46,946 bases of DNA, taken from an uncultured Burkholderiaceae bacterium (GTDB lineage: Bacteria; Pseudomonadota; Gammaproteobacteria; Burkholderiales; Burkholderiaceae_F). The stretch spans positions 1 to 46,946 of the forward strand of contig CAZZAD010000002.1 in assembly GCA_964652055.1 (NCBI GenBank), given 5' to 3'. Under the pieces are notes generated by a model. That model searched no databases and was not told the origin of the DNA. It saw only the letters and a program-made list of their open reading frames with translations. Shown here piece by piece: positions 28,225 to 37,763 of this stretch. The stretch's first letter is position 1. The number at the start of each line of letters is the position of its first letter. The translations under genes and the position numbers were made by a program.

Positions 28225-29408
28225 GCCGGCGCCGCATCGCGGTGTTTACCGGTACGCGCGCCGAATATGGCCTGCTGTACTGGCTCATGAAAGACATTCA
28301 GGCCAGCGCTCATCTGGAACTGCAGTTGATTGTCAGTGGCACCCATCTGTCGCCCGAGTTTGGGCAGACCCTGCGTCAGATCGAGACCGATGGATTCAAT
28401 GTCGACGCCAAGATCGAAATGCTGCTTTCATCCGACAGTTCCGTGGGTGTGGCCAAGTCCATGGGACTGGGCACGATTGGCTATGCCGATGCGCTCGAAC
28501 GCTTGCGCCCCGAGCTCATCGTGGTGCTGGGCGACCGCTTTGAGGCGCTGGCCCTGGCGCAAACCGCATTGGTGATGGGCATTGCCATTGCGCACGTGCA
28601 CGGAGGCGAGATCACCGAAGGCGCCTATGACGATGCCATCCGTCACGCCATCACCAAAATGGCCACATTGCACTTCACGGCGGCCGCACCGTATCGCCAG
28701 CGCGTCATCCAGATGGGTGAACCCCCTGAACACGTGTTCAACGTGGGGGCCCTCGGACTGGACCATTGCACGCGCACGCCGTCCATGACACTGGAGGCAC
28801 TCTCATCCAGTCTAGGTTTTGAGTTGCGCGCCCCCTTTGTGCTCGTGACCTACCACCCGGTCACCGTGGGCAATGAAGATCCGCGCACCGGTTTTCAAGC
28901 GCTGTTGCAGACCCTCGATGATTTCCCGGATGTACACGCAGTCATGACCTACCCCAATGCCGACAACGGAGGGCGGGCCATCATTGCGTTGCTTGAAAGC
29001 TATGCACAGAATCATCCCAAACGTGTTCTAGCGATTCCTTCGCTGGGCTTTCAACGCTATATAAGCGCTCTTCGCAACGCAGCGGCGGTGGTCGGCAATT
29101 CTTCAAGCGGCGTCATCGAAGCGCCGGCCTTTGGCCTACCTACCGTCAATATCGGGGGGCGTCAGCAGGGCCGCCTCGCCGCATCGTCCGTATTACATTG
29201 CGCGCCACAACGCACTGACATTCAAAAGGCCATGGCCACCGCACTGTCGACCTCTTTCGCTGCGCATTGCAAAAAAGTGATCAATCCCTATGGGCAGGGC
29301 AACGCTTCGGGACAGATCGTTCGGGTCCTTGAACAGCTTTCAGAGATTCCAAGCAAGCGCTTTTACGACCTGCAACCTGCGACACCCTCACCCTTGCAAC
29401 ATGACTGA
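28221..29408 (+). CDS. neuC: UDP-N-acetylglucosamine 2-epimerase (hydrolysing), NeuC/LegG type, 395 aa
   Basis: Contains RRIAVFTGTRAEYGLLYWLM, LGDRFE and HVHGGEITEGAYDD. ATG 28221 overlaps the legC stop (ATGA). Confidence 0.85.
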   Translation: MSRRRIAVFTGTRAEYGLLYWLMKDIQASAHLELQLIVSGTHLSPEFGQTLRQIETDGFNVDAKIEMLLSSDSSVGVAKSMGLGTIGYADALERLRPELIVVLGDRFEALALAQTALVMGIAIAHVHGGEITEGAYDDAIRHAITKMATLHFTAAAPYRQRVIQMGEPPEHVFNVGALGLDHCTRTPSMTLEALSSSLGFELRAPFVLVTYHPVTVGNEDPRTGFQALLQTLDDFPDVHAVMTYPNADNGGRAIIALLESYAQNHPKRVLAIPSLGFQRYISALRNAAAVVGNSSSGVIEAPAFGLPTVNIGGRQQGRLAASSVLHCAPQRTDIQKAMATALSTSFAAHCKKVINPYGQGNASGQIVRVLEQLSEIPSKRFYDLQPATPSPLQHD

Positions 29409-30477
29409 CCAGCGCGTTTACATCATTGCCGAGGCCGGCGTGAACCACAATGGTTCCATCGACAACGCGCGCCAGCTCATCGATGTGGCGGCCCAGGCAG
29501 GCGCCGATGCCGTCAAGTTCCAAACCTTCCGTGCTGAGAGTCTGGTCACACGCCAGGCACCCAAGGCGCAATATCAAAAGCAAACCACTGCGGCGAGCGA
29601 AAACCAGTTCGACATGATCAAAAAACTGGAACTCACCGATGACAATCATGCGGACTTGATCGCCCACGCCAAAGACCGGCGTATCGAATTTTTGTCCACT
29701 CCCTTTGACACCCATAGCCTGCACCTGCTCACGGGCCGCTTTGGCTTGCGCACGATCAAAGTGTCCTCCGGCGACATCACTAACGCCCCCTTTCTGCTGG
29801 ACATTGCACGCGTCGCCCACAAAGTGATCCTGTCGACCGGCATGTGCACCCTGGCGGAAGTCGAAGCGGCACTGGGAGTGCTGGCCTTTGGTTTCACAAC
29901 GTCTGCAGAGACCCGCCCCGCAACACACGCCTTTGAAGCGGCGTATGCCTCGCAAGCGGGACAGCAGGCGTTACAAGCACGCGTGGCGCTCTTGCATTGC
30001 ACGACCGAATATCCAGCGCCCATCGACGAAGTCAATCTGCGCGCGGTCGACACCCTGGCCACGGCATTCGGTTTGACCACCGGCTACTCCGATCACACCG
30101 TCGGCATCCATATCCCGATTGCCGCTGTGGCACGCGGCAGCAAGCTCATCGAGAAGCACTACACCCTGGACCGCAGCCTGCCCGGCCCCGACCATCAGGC
30201 CTCGCTGGAGCCCGACGAGTTGCGCGCCATGGTGGCCGCCATCCGCGACGTGGAGCGCGCTCTGGGCGACGGCATCAAACGACCCACGGCCAGCGAACTG
30301 AAAAACCGCACCATTGCGCGCAAGAGCCTGGTGGCCGCGCAGGCCGTGGTGGCCGGCGCACCACTGCAGCTGGCCTGCAAACGGCCTGGCTCCGGCTTGT
30401 CGCCATTTGCCTATTGGGATTGGCAAGGCACCCTCGCCCAACGCGCTTACGATGCCGATGAGGCGCTCAATGTCTGA
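29401..30477 (+). CDS. neuB: N-acetylneuraminate/legionaminate synthase (NeuB/LegI), 358 aa
   Basis: Contains YIIAEAGVNHNGSIDNARQLIDVAAQAGADAVKFQTF, GYSDHT, IEKH and a C-terminal SAF domain. ATG 29401 overlaps neuC by 8 nt. Confidence 0.85.
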   Translation: MTDQRVYIIAEAGVNHNGSIDNARQLIDVAAQAGADAVKFQTFRAESLVTRQAPKAQYQKQTTAASENQFDMIKKLELTDDNHADLIAHAKDRRIEFLSTPFDTHSLHLLTGRFGLRTIKVSSGDITNAPFLLDIARVAHKVILSTGMCTLAEVEAALGVLAFGFTTSAETRPATHAFEAAYASQAGQQALQARVALLHCTTEYPAPIDEVNLRAVDTLATAFGLTTGYSDHTVGIHIPIAAVARGSKLIEKHYTLDRSLPGPDHQASLEPDELRAMVAAIRDVERALGDGIKRPTASELKNRTIARKSLVAAQAVVAGAPLQLACKRPGSGLSPFAYWDWQGTLAQRAYDADEALNV

Positions 30478-31123
30478 GTTGTCGTCCCCCACGCGCCCCA
30501 TTGTCATTCTTGGCGCCGGCGGCCACGGACGCACTGTGGCCGCTACCCTGCTGCAAGCCCAACGGCCTGTGATGGGGTTTCTCGATGCCAACCCGGATCA
30601 GTGGGGTCAGCAATTTTTTGGCGTCGCCGTGCTCGGTGGCGATGGGCAGCTTGAAACCTTGGCGGCGCACGAAGTACGGCTGGCCAATGGCGTGGGCTCC
30701 ACCGACGTGCCACAACGCCGCCGTCAAATCTTTTTAGAACAACAAGCCCGCGGTTACACCTTTGAGACTGTGGTGCACCCCGCAGCCTGCGTATCACCCT
30801 ATGCGCAGCTGGGGCCAGGCACACAAGTCATGGCCGGCGCCATCGTTCAGGCTGGCGCGCGCATTGGTGCCAACGTCATCGTCAACACCGGCGCCATCAT
30901 CGAACATGACTGCGCCATCGGTGCGCACAGTCACATCGCCCCCGGCGCAGTACTCTCGGGCACCGTGTGCGTGGGCGAGGCCTGTCATATCGGCGCCGGC
31001 GCCGTGGTGTTGCAGGGTATAGAACTGGGAGCACACAGCCTGGTAGCTGCGGGCGCCGTGGTCACCCGCAGTCACGGCCCTCAATCACGTCTGGTGGGCG
31101 TTCCCGCCAAAGCAATGGAATAA
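30470..31123 (+). CDS. neuD: NeuD/PglD/LegH-family hexapeptide-repeat N-acetyltransferase, 217 aa
   Basis: An N-terminal Rossmann-like segment (IVILGAGGHGRTV) is followed by left-handed beta-helix hexapeptide repeats (IGANVIVNTGAIIEHDCAIGAHSHIAPGAVL...). ATG 30470 overlaps neuB by 8 nt. Confidence 0.8.
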   Translation: MSELSSPTRPIVILGAGGHGRTVAATLLQAQRPVMGFLDANPDQWGQQFFGVAVLGGDGQLETLAAHEVRLANGVGSTDVPQRRRQIFLEQQARGYTFETVVHPAACVSPYAQLGPGTQVMAGAIVQAGARIGANVIVNTGAIIEHDCAIGAHSHIAPGAVLSGTVCVGEACHIGAGAVVLQGIELGAHSLVAAGAVVTRSHGPQSRLVGVPAKAME

Positions 31124-31126
31124 GCC

Positions 31127-32209
31127 ATGAAACACTGGGAAGACACCTTGGTTGTGCCAGGTCAATCCATCCGCGAGGCCCTGCTCAAGATTGACACCAC
31201 GGGCGGGAAACTCGCTTTGGTAGTCGACGAAACCCATCGCTTACTGGGCACCGTATCCGATGGCGACATCCGCCGGGCCTTACTTAAAGGGCTGGCGCTC
31301 TCGGACACCATAGAAAAGTGCATGTGCCGCGACCCGCGCACCGCACGCGTGGGGGACTGCCCAGAGATGATCTTGGCCACCATGCGCCGAGAAAAATTGC
31401 ATCAAGTTCCGATACTGGACGAGCTGAACCGCGTCGTAGGCGTAGAAATTCTTGACGACTACCTGGCCCTGCCCGCCACGCGCGAAAACTGGGTGGTCCT
31501 CATGGCCGGAGGACTTGGAACGCGCCTGGGAGAACTCACAAAGAACTTGCCCAAACCCATGCTGCAGGTCGGCGACAAGCCTTTGCTGGAGACCATCCTG
31601 TGCAACTTTGTTGATCAGGGTTTTCACAATTTTTATCTGACGGTTAACTTCATGGCCGAAGTGATCGAAGCGCACTTTGGCCACGGCGAACGTTTTGGTG
31701 CACACATCCGCTACGTGCGTGAAACGCAGCGCATGGGCACCGCCGGATCGCTCAGTCTGTTACCTGAAATACCCACCGAACCCCTCATCGTGGCCAACGG
31801 CGATCTACTGGCTGACATTGACTACGCCCACATGCTCGATTCGCATGTAGACAATGAAGCCGTTGCAACCATGGGGGTGAGCGAATACGAATTACAAATA
31901 CCCTACGGGGTCGTACACGAACAAAATGGAGTGATCCGGCTTATTGAGGAAAAACCCCTGCACAAGTCACTGATCAGCGCCGGCGTCTATGTACTGTCAC
32001 CCGCTGCACTGACACATGTACCTCAGGGCGAGCGTTTTGATATGCCCAGTTTGTTCGACGCCTTGATACAAAAAGGACAGAAAGCTGCGGCCTACAAGGT
32101 CCATGGATACTGGCTCGATATCGGTCGAATTCACGACTACCAGAAGGCAAATGAAGATATCGCTACCATGTTTACCAAGTCTGCTATGAGCAAAGCATCA
32201 GCAGACTGA
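31127..32209 (+). CDS. ptmE: CBS-domain sugar-phosphate nucleotidyltransferase (PtmE/LgaF-like), 360 aa
   Basis: An N-terminal CBS pair (GKLALVVDETHRLLGTVSDGDIRRAL) is followed by VVLMAGGLGTRLGELTKNLPKPML, a nucleotidyltransferase loop. Confidence 0.7.
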   Translation: MKHWEDTLVVPGQSIREALLKIDTTGGKLALVVDETHRLLGTVSDGDIRRALLKGLALSDTIEKCMCRDPRTARVGDCPEMILATMRREKLHQVPILDELNRVVGVEILDDYLALPATRENWVVLMAGGLGTRLGELTKNLPKPMLQVGDKPLLETILCNFVDQGFHNFYLTVNFMAEVIEAHFGHGERFGAHIRYVRETQRMGTAGSLSLLPEIPTEPLIVANGDLLADIDYAHMLDSHVDNEAVATMGVSEYELQIPYGVVHEQNGVIRLIEEKPLHKSLISAGVYVLSPAALTHVPQGERFDMPSLFDALIQKGQKAAAYKVHGYWLDIGRIHDYQKANEDIATMFTKSAMSKASAD

Positions 32210-32248
32210 CCTCCGCAGATACAAACGCAAACTTTTTAAATCAAAAAA

Positions 32249-33271
32249 TCAAAGTACCCGTTCAAACTGGTCAATAAGTTTATTGATCTGCTTGAACTTT
32301 GAAATCTCACAACGAACAATCTCTGGATTGACGTTTTTTATAGAAGCAAGGACCGAAATTGCTAGGCCCATATGCCAGCGCATGGTGCGTGCAATGGTTC
32401 CTTGGCCCGGCGTGATCTCCATTCCAAGTGCCAGTCCTCCGGCACCGACATAAGATTGAATCAATGCAGAAATAGCCTGTTCCGCTTGGCTTGTGCACAA
32501 CGGCAAAAGTGTGGGCAGAACAATGCGCTCTACAAGCTTGACCAAGTCAAAACCTGGCCACACCGCCGTGTGCAGCGCATCTTCCAAATCAATAAAGACG
32601 CACTCGTCACTCTCACGTATCAGGACGTTGCCCTTATGGAGGTCACCGTGACAGGGGCTGGCTTCACATTGCATGCGCTCGTGTTCAGCCAGAAAGCAAT
32701 CACGCATTTGCCAAACAAAATCTTCTTCACCACTGCCGCGCCAATACGAAGCAAATCTTTTTGACCGAGCCAACTTCAGCAGGCCAGCCCACCTGCTCCG
32801 GGTCCGTGTGGCGATGTCATAGTTGCGCGCTTCTTGTTGTAACGCGCGATGTAGCCCCGCGACAGCCTGCCCCAGTCGAGTCATTTCAACTGCCGACCCA
32901 CTGGGAGGTTGGCCCTCAATCCAGTCGTACAAAAACGCACTCGATCCGTCGTCAAGGGGCAACACACCTCGCAACGTCGGGGTAGCCACCCCCCGGCCCG
33001 CCAGTGACAGCCCCAAACGCGCGACCCGGCTCTCATGCTCGACCAAGAACGATGGGACCCGCTTGATGAACACCTCGGGGCGCTCCACACCGCTTCGTGT
33101 CAGCCGCAAATAGACGGGCCTACCCGCGCCAAAACCAGACAACGCACCTTCCACTTTTCCAGGGCATGTGCTCAGTAGCGGCGCCAACCAATCATTGACA
33201 GAGGTGTCCAAACTTTCCCAAATCAAATGTGGCGCGTGCAAGCCCGCCTGCGCTGGAGGGCGCACGATCAA
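32249..33271 (-). CDS. Aminoglycoside-phosphotransferase/choline-kinase-fold kinase, substrate unknown, 340 aa
   Basis: Catalytic loop CHGDLHKGNVLI and metal-binding FIDLEDA are present. The TTG start at 33271 overlaps the upstream stop (TTGA), and there is no in-frame ATG for about 130 codons. Confidence 0.6.
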   Translation of the reverse strand: MIVRPPAQAGLHAPHLIWESLDTSVNDWLAPLLSTCPGKVEGALSGFGAGRPVYLRLTRSGVERPEVFIKRVPSFLVEHESRVARLGLSLAGRGVATPTLRGVLPLDDGSSAFLYDWIEGQPPSGSAVEMTRLGQAVAGLHRALQQEARNYDIATRTRSRWAGLLKLARSKRFASYWRGSGEEDFVWQMRDCFLAEHERMQCEASPCHGDLHKGNVLIRESDECVFIDLEDALHTAVWPGFDLVKLVERIVLPTLLPLCTSQAEQAISALIQSYVGAGGLALGMEITPGQGTIARTMRWHMGLAISVLASIKNVNPEIVRCEISKFKQINKLIDQFERVL

Positions 33272-34341
33272 TCTCGCCCCTGACAGCCGATCACCTCAGA
33301 GCGCACCGGCATACCGTGCGCAATACCTTCGCGAGCGACCGCACCGACCACAGCATCCAGATGCTCGGCACCGATGCCCAGGGGAGGGAACGCAAAATCA
33401 AGCATCTCGCGCGCAATGATCTCTCCCGCAGCAATATCGCGGCCCGCAATGATGCACATGCGGTCAACCCATTGGTCTGGAACCTCCTCATCGGGGCGTT
33501 GACACTCACCCAGCGCATGCCAACTGTCTTCGATCATTGACAAGGCCTCACGGAACCGACCGACGGGCAACGCATGCGCAACATCAAGATCAGCAACCGC
33601 CTCATCAACGACCAACCCTTTTTCGATCACACACGCCCCGAGCGCCACCGCCAGCGGAACCATGTTTAACCCCCGATGATGGTCTGATAGCCCGACCGGA
33701 CAGGAAAACACCTGAGCAAGTGTCTGAATCATCCGTAGGTGAAATCGTGCGGCGGGCGCCGGCGGCCCCGGTGGCGAGTGTTGGAGCAACAGTCGCGAGC
33801 CCGCCCCCTGATGTCTCACCCAACCGACGGCACGCTCAATCTCAGAGAACTTGCTGCGTCCGGTATCCATAATCAAAGGCAACCCGCTGGCTGCCACCGC
33901 TTCAATCAGCGCCTTGTGCGTAATGTTGGACGACGGCAGCTTCACCCCCACTGCGCCAACGTGCTGCGCAAACGCGAGCCCCTCACTGTCATACACACTC
34001 AATATCAAGCTCAATCCAGCGTCTGCGGCATGCCGCATGATTATGCCGAGCACCTCGATCGGTACGACATGGCGCTCAATCACATTTTTGTACGACTCCG
34101 AAACCATCGTGCCGCTTGCTGTGTTGTAGTAACTGACCTGGTGCTCACTGCGCAGGCACAGATTTTCCCGATGTAACACCGCACCCTTCAAAAACTGTCC
34201 ACCCGCTTCGGCCACCTTGTCGATCAAATGGAGCGCCTGACTGACGTCACGTTTGAAGTAGACATCAATGTCCGGCCAGAACGCCGGAGGGCGATCTGCG
34301 CCTAAAAGATGGGGGCCTATCTGCACGCTGGGTGAGCTCAT
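33268..34341 (-). CDS. Divergent NeuB-family (sialic-acid-synthase-like) protein with SAF domain, 357 aa
   Basis: It aligns along its length with the two canonical NeuB homologs in this window (GLSDHH, VIEKG, and a C-terminal SAF-like IIAGRDIAAGEII). It lacks their IAE-x-G-x-NHNG, KFQT and EKH motifs. Confidence 0.6.
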   Translation of the reverse strand: MSSPSVQIGPHLLGADRPPAFWPDIDVYFKRDVSQALHLIDKVAEAGGQFLKGAVLHRENLCLRSEHQVSYYNTASGTMVSESYKNVIERHVVPIEVLGIIMRHAADAGLSLILSVYDSEGLAFAQHVGAVGVKLPSSNITHKALIEAVAASGLPLIMDTGRSKFSEIERAVGWVRHQGAGSRLLLQHSPPGPPAPAARFHLRMIQTLAQVFSCPVGLSDHHRGLNMVPLAVALGACVIEKGLVVDEAVADLDVAHALPVGRFREALSMIEDSWHALGECQRPDEEVPDQWVDRMCIIAGRDIAAGEIIAREMLDFAFPPLGIGAEHLDAVVGAVAREGIAHGMPVRSEVIGCQGRD

Positions 34342-34357
34342 GGGTCAACTTGATATT

Positions 34358-35083
34358 TCACGCAGGCACGCGCAATTCCATCAAAGTTTCCGGCAACAAC
34401 AGGCACAGTCCGTTGGTTGTGCGTCGCGTCCCGTCTGCCAGATCTAGCGTATGGGCGCGATGCGGAAACTGCTCTCTTTTTTGAAGGTTTGCTTTCATTC
34501 TGAAATCAAGAAATCTCACCTGAAGGCCACGTGCCACAGCCCAACGCTCCACCTGCTGGCGTGAAAAAATATTGAATCCACGCATCCAATCCAATCCATT
34601 CACGTGGTCGCGATAGGCAATGCGTACATCGATATCGTCGGGGTTCAGGAGCGCCTGAACATAAACACGGCCGCCCGCAACCGTGTTGGCAAGCAAATTC
34701 TCAAACAATGGCTCGAAAGCATCAAAGATGCCCAAGGTGCCGAACGATGTCACGACATCAAATCTGCCCACTTGTAACGTCAGACCGTTACCAACCACAA
34801 GAGAAACTCTCGACAAATCTTCTCTTTTACGCGCGAAGTGAATCAGAGTTTCATCAATATCCATCCCCGTCAGTTTCATCGAATTCATGTTGCGCGCAAC
34901 AAAAGCCAACAAGTCACCCGTTGCACACCCGACGTCAAGGAGTGACTGCGGAGAAAACCCATCGGCCAAGAGTGCTTCCAGAAAAAAATGGAAAATGTCT
35001 TTGTCCGCACTCGCGCGGCTTTCGCCAACGTAGGTATCCAGCCGTTGGGCGAATTCAGGAATTGAAAATGAACTTGGCAACAT
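34358..35083 (-). CDS. Class I SAM-dependent methyltransferase, 241 aa
   Basis: Motif I reads LLDVGCATGDL, followed by FDVVTSFGTLGIF and VAGGRVYVQ. Confidence 0.7.
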   Translation of the reverse strand: MLPSSFSIPEFAQRLDTYVGESRASADKDIFHFFLEALLADGFSPQSLLDVGCATGDLLAFVARNMNSMKLTGMDIDETLIHFARKREDLSRVSLVVGNGLTLQVGRFDVVTSFGTLGIFDAFEPLFENLLANTVAGGRVYVQALLNPDDIDVRIAYRDHVNGLDWMRGFNIFSRQQVERWAVARGLQVRFLDFRMKANLQKREQFPHRAHTLDLADGTRRTTNGLCLLLPETLMELRVPA

Positions 35084-35118
35084 GCTCGATCACTTCAAAG
35101 GCAAAGTTTGTCAATGCG

Positions 35119-36609
35119 TCAACCCGGGCCCACAGAGTCACTGGTACCCACCTCAGAAAAACACAGATCGATCAACCGTCTGAATGCACCACCATCCAAC
35201 GCTCCCCAGTGTGTTGCTTGCTTGCGTGCTGACTGGATGAGGGGTTCCCGCAACTCATGATTACCAACCAACTTGAGCGCTTCTCGGAAACCATCTTCGT
35301 CATCCACACAAAGCACCTGGGGCAAATCTCTGTATTCAGAATACTGATACCCATAGCAGTCGTAGTTGATCACAGGGATTCCACAAGCAAGCGCCCATTT
35401 GATGGTAGAAGAAACACACGCCACGTAAATATCTGCCAGAGGCAACAATTCCACCACAGGGGCCGCAATCATGGTGACCCCCGTGCCACGAATCAGGGCA
35501 CTGGCCCGCTCTGAGAGGTTGGGGTGCGGACTGATGACAACATTGCAATGGGCCAATTGCGCCGGCAAACACGCAAACGCAGACACAAGATCGGCATAAC
35601 TCGGGTAAACGCCTTGGCGGCAAGGAAACTGATCTGGCGGCATAGCAACGACTACCAGTGGGCGATCCCGATCCAGTCCACATCGCGCAAACAGTGCCTC
35701 GCGATGCCTGTCGCGGCCGCGGAGCAAATCGGCCAAGATGTCTTGAAATGGATGGCCGATCACTCGAAGTTGGTTGGGCAAAAAACCAAATTCGATATAG
35801 GTCGCTTTGATCGCAGCACTTTCCAACGCAATGGCATCTGCGTGCCCAGCATTGACCAGCCACGGATTGAATGGCGCCGTCATGGTTAGCTCACGCGCCA
35901 GCAGTTGGTAATACGGCAGTCGCGTAATGGCATAGCCCTCGCCTTCACTGAGCCAACGAGGCAGATGTTGGCGAACCCATTCGGACTGAAGCGGGTTGAC
36001 CGCGTGTGTCGGGCTGAACTTGTATGCGTTGACCGCTTCCTGAGCAGACAGTGCCCCATAGCTCAGCACCACCGACCTGATCCGGCGCCTTCTGGCGCTT
36101 TCGACCCATGCGTAGCTATCACGCTCAACATTGTCTTCCGGCAATATCACTGCATCAACGTTAAGTCGAGCCAGCCAGTCGTCACAGAAGTTGATGCGAC
36201 GCCGTATCGCATCAACCTCTGCCCAAACCCGTAGACGTTCAGCTTCCGGAAGCGCTGAAGTCAGTGCTAAGGCATGCGCAGGAATATCCGGCTCCAGGCG
36301 CGCCTCCACCCCATTCATGCGTGCCAGCAAATCGAGGGGCAGTCGAGGTGAGTCAGCAGACAACCACCCGGAGAGTCGCGATGCGACATCGGCCAACCCT
36401 CCCGACACTGACGTTTCCTCAACGTAGACCGAGCCCCGCGCGCTGGCCTCGGCCTGATAGCGATCAGATTCGGGCAAACAGTACGGTGACCACAAGATGC
36501 AGTCGAACTCCCCGCAATCACGCCCCCATTCAACCAACTTCATCCAGGCCTGAAAGTTGCCAGGCTCGTACACCACGCATAGCAGTCTTCTACGCCTACT
36601 CGAGTTCAT
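35119..36609 (-). CDS. Uncharacterised GT-B-like putative glycosyltransferase with HP motif (paralog of 37753..39402), 496 aa
   Basis: I chose ATG 36609 (MNSSRRRR), which overlaps the upstream stop (ATGA). The C-terminus VVAMPPDQFP...ISPHPNL...ADIYVACVSSTIKWALACGIPVINYDCYGYQYSEY is collinear with the 549-aa protein. Confidence 0.5.
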   Translation of the reverse strand: MNSSRRRRLLCVVYEPGNFQAWMKLVEWGRDCGEFDCILWSPYCLPESDRYQAEASARGSVYVEETSVSGGLADVASRLSGWLSADSPRLPLDLLARMNGVEARLEPDIPAHALALTSALPEAERLRVWAEVDAIRRRINFCDDWLARLNVDAVILPEDNVERDSYAWVESARRRRIRSVVLSYGALSAQEAVNAYKFSPTHAVNPLQSEWVRQHLPRWLSEGEGYAITRLPYYQLLARELTMTAPFNPWLVNAGHADAIALESAAIKATYIEFGFLPNQLRVIGHPFQDILADLLRGRDRHREALFARCGLDRDRPLVVVAMPPDQFPCRQGVYPSYADLVSAFACLPAQLAHCNVVISPHPNLSERASALIRGTGVTMIAAPVVELLPLADIYVACVSSTIKWALACGIPVINYDCYGYQYSEYRDLPQVLCVDDEDGFREALKLVGNHELREPLIQSARKQATHWGALDGGAFRRLIDLCFSEVGTSDSVGPG

Positions 36610-37763
36610 GCCGTCTTTCTTCCCACAAGGCTCCTGCCTGTCAGCTGCCCGATTAGCCGCAGCGCATTGTCCAGCGGCACGCCGGGACTGCCAAAGGCGC
36701 TCCTGCATGCCCAGGCCTGACGCCGCCGCTCAGTGGGTTCGAGACCAGCTCGAAGAGCGAAATCCAGACTTGCGCCATCATGCGCCGCAAGAGCGATTCC
36801 CTGTGAAACCAAGGGAAACGCACTTAGTCCGGTGGCTGGCCGCCAGTACGCACGCACATCGTCCGGGTAGTCAACGCACACAACGGCTACCTCGGGAGCA
36901 TCCACAGCACACATCATGTAGGCCGCATCAAGAGCAACTGTGGAAAAACAGTGCAAGACAAGATCCGCGGCCGCGATCGCCATCTCAATCGGCAGTGACT
37001 TGACCAACACCGGATGCGCACCGCTGTCACGCAGTAGCGACATCGTCCAGGAACTCGACTCCCTGGTCTCACGCGGGTGCGGCTTGTAAAACAACGTCAC
37101 GGGCCCTAACCGCGCAATGGCCGCACCAACATCACGCAGCACCTGACCATAACCGGCGAGTCCGGCAAGATCTTGTCCAAAGTAACCAATGACCGCAGAG
37201 GCCGTATTCGTCAAACCAATCATCTCGCGCCCCTGACAGCGCAACTGCGCAAAATCCCGCGTCAGATACTCTGCATGCTTGAGCGAGCCAATCACGTGGG
37301 CCGTTGCACTCGTGCGCTGGCAGGTCAGTGACGCGGCCAAGGCATCGATGACCAAGTAATGGTCGGGCCGGTAAATTTCCGGCCATACATCACCCCAAAA
37401 ATCTTGAACCACCAGACTCGGAATACCCACACGGCGCGCCGCATCAATGAGCATGCGATCAATGCCGCAGTCAGCCACCAACGAACGTCCACACACAACT
37501 GCTGACGCTCCAAAGCGCAGAACCTGTTGCCCAGCCAAGGGGGCTGCGTCCGCGTATGTGGCCTCATCTACATCAGCACCCAACCACGCACCCACCGTGA
37601 CATACGGTATCTGGCGGGATGAAAAGTAAGCTTGCGCCGGACCTTGGGCAACTACCAGACACTTCAAACCACGCGCCCTTGCGCCGGAGGCGAGGGCAGC
37701 AATATGCCCTGCAGCGCCGACATCACAACACGCCAGGATCAGATCCAACGAGTCAGGCGGCAT
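36606..37763 (-). CDS. Uncharacterised GT-B-like putative glycosyltransferase with HP motif, about 385 aa
   Basis: Contains LFYKPHPRET followed by ADLVLHCFSTVALDAAYM. I chose ATG 37763 (MPPDSLDLIL), an 11-nt overlap with the upstream gene. Track start 37874 would overlap by 122 nt. Confidence 0.45.
   Translation of the reverse strand: MPPDSLDLILACCDVGAAGHIAALASGARARGLKCLVVAQGPAQAYFSSRQIPYVTVGAWLGADVDEATYADAAPLAGQQVLRFGASAVVCGRSLVADCGIDRMLIDAARRVGIPSLVVQDFWGDVWPEIYRPDHYLVIDALAASLTCQRTSATAHVIGSLKHAEYLTRDFAQLRCQGREMIGLTNTASAVIGYFGQDLAGLAGYGQVLRDVGAAIARLGPVTLFYKPHPRETRESSSWTMSLLRDSGAHPVLVKSLPIEMAIAAADLVLHCFSTVALDAAYMMCAVDAPEVAVVCVDYPDDVRAYWRPATGLSAFPLVSQGIALAAHDGASLDFALRAGLEPTERRRQAWACRSAFGSPGVPLDNALRLIGQLTGRSLVGRKTA

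Noticed and set aside
27442-30591. Minus-strand ORFs of 200-240 aa (27442..28164, 29281..29955, 29971..30591)
   Set aside because: They are antisense to legC, neuC and neuB, which all carry diagnostic motifs, so they are shadow ORFs.
32210-32248. Expected bidirectional rho-independent terminator at the convergent junction
   Set aside because: I could find no GC-rich hairpin or T-tract in the 39-nt gap. Termination signals may lie within the coding ends, or termination may be Rho-dependent.
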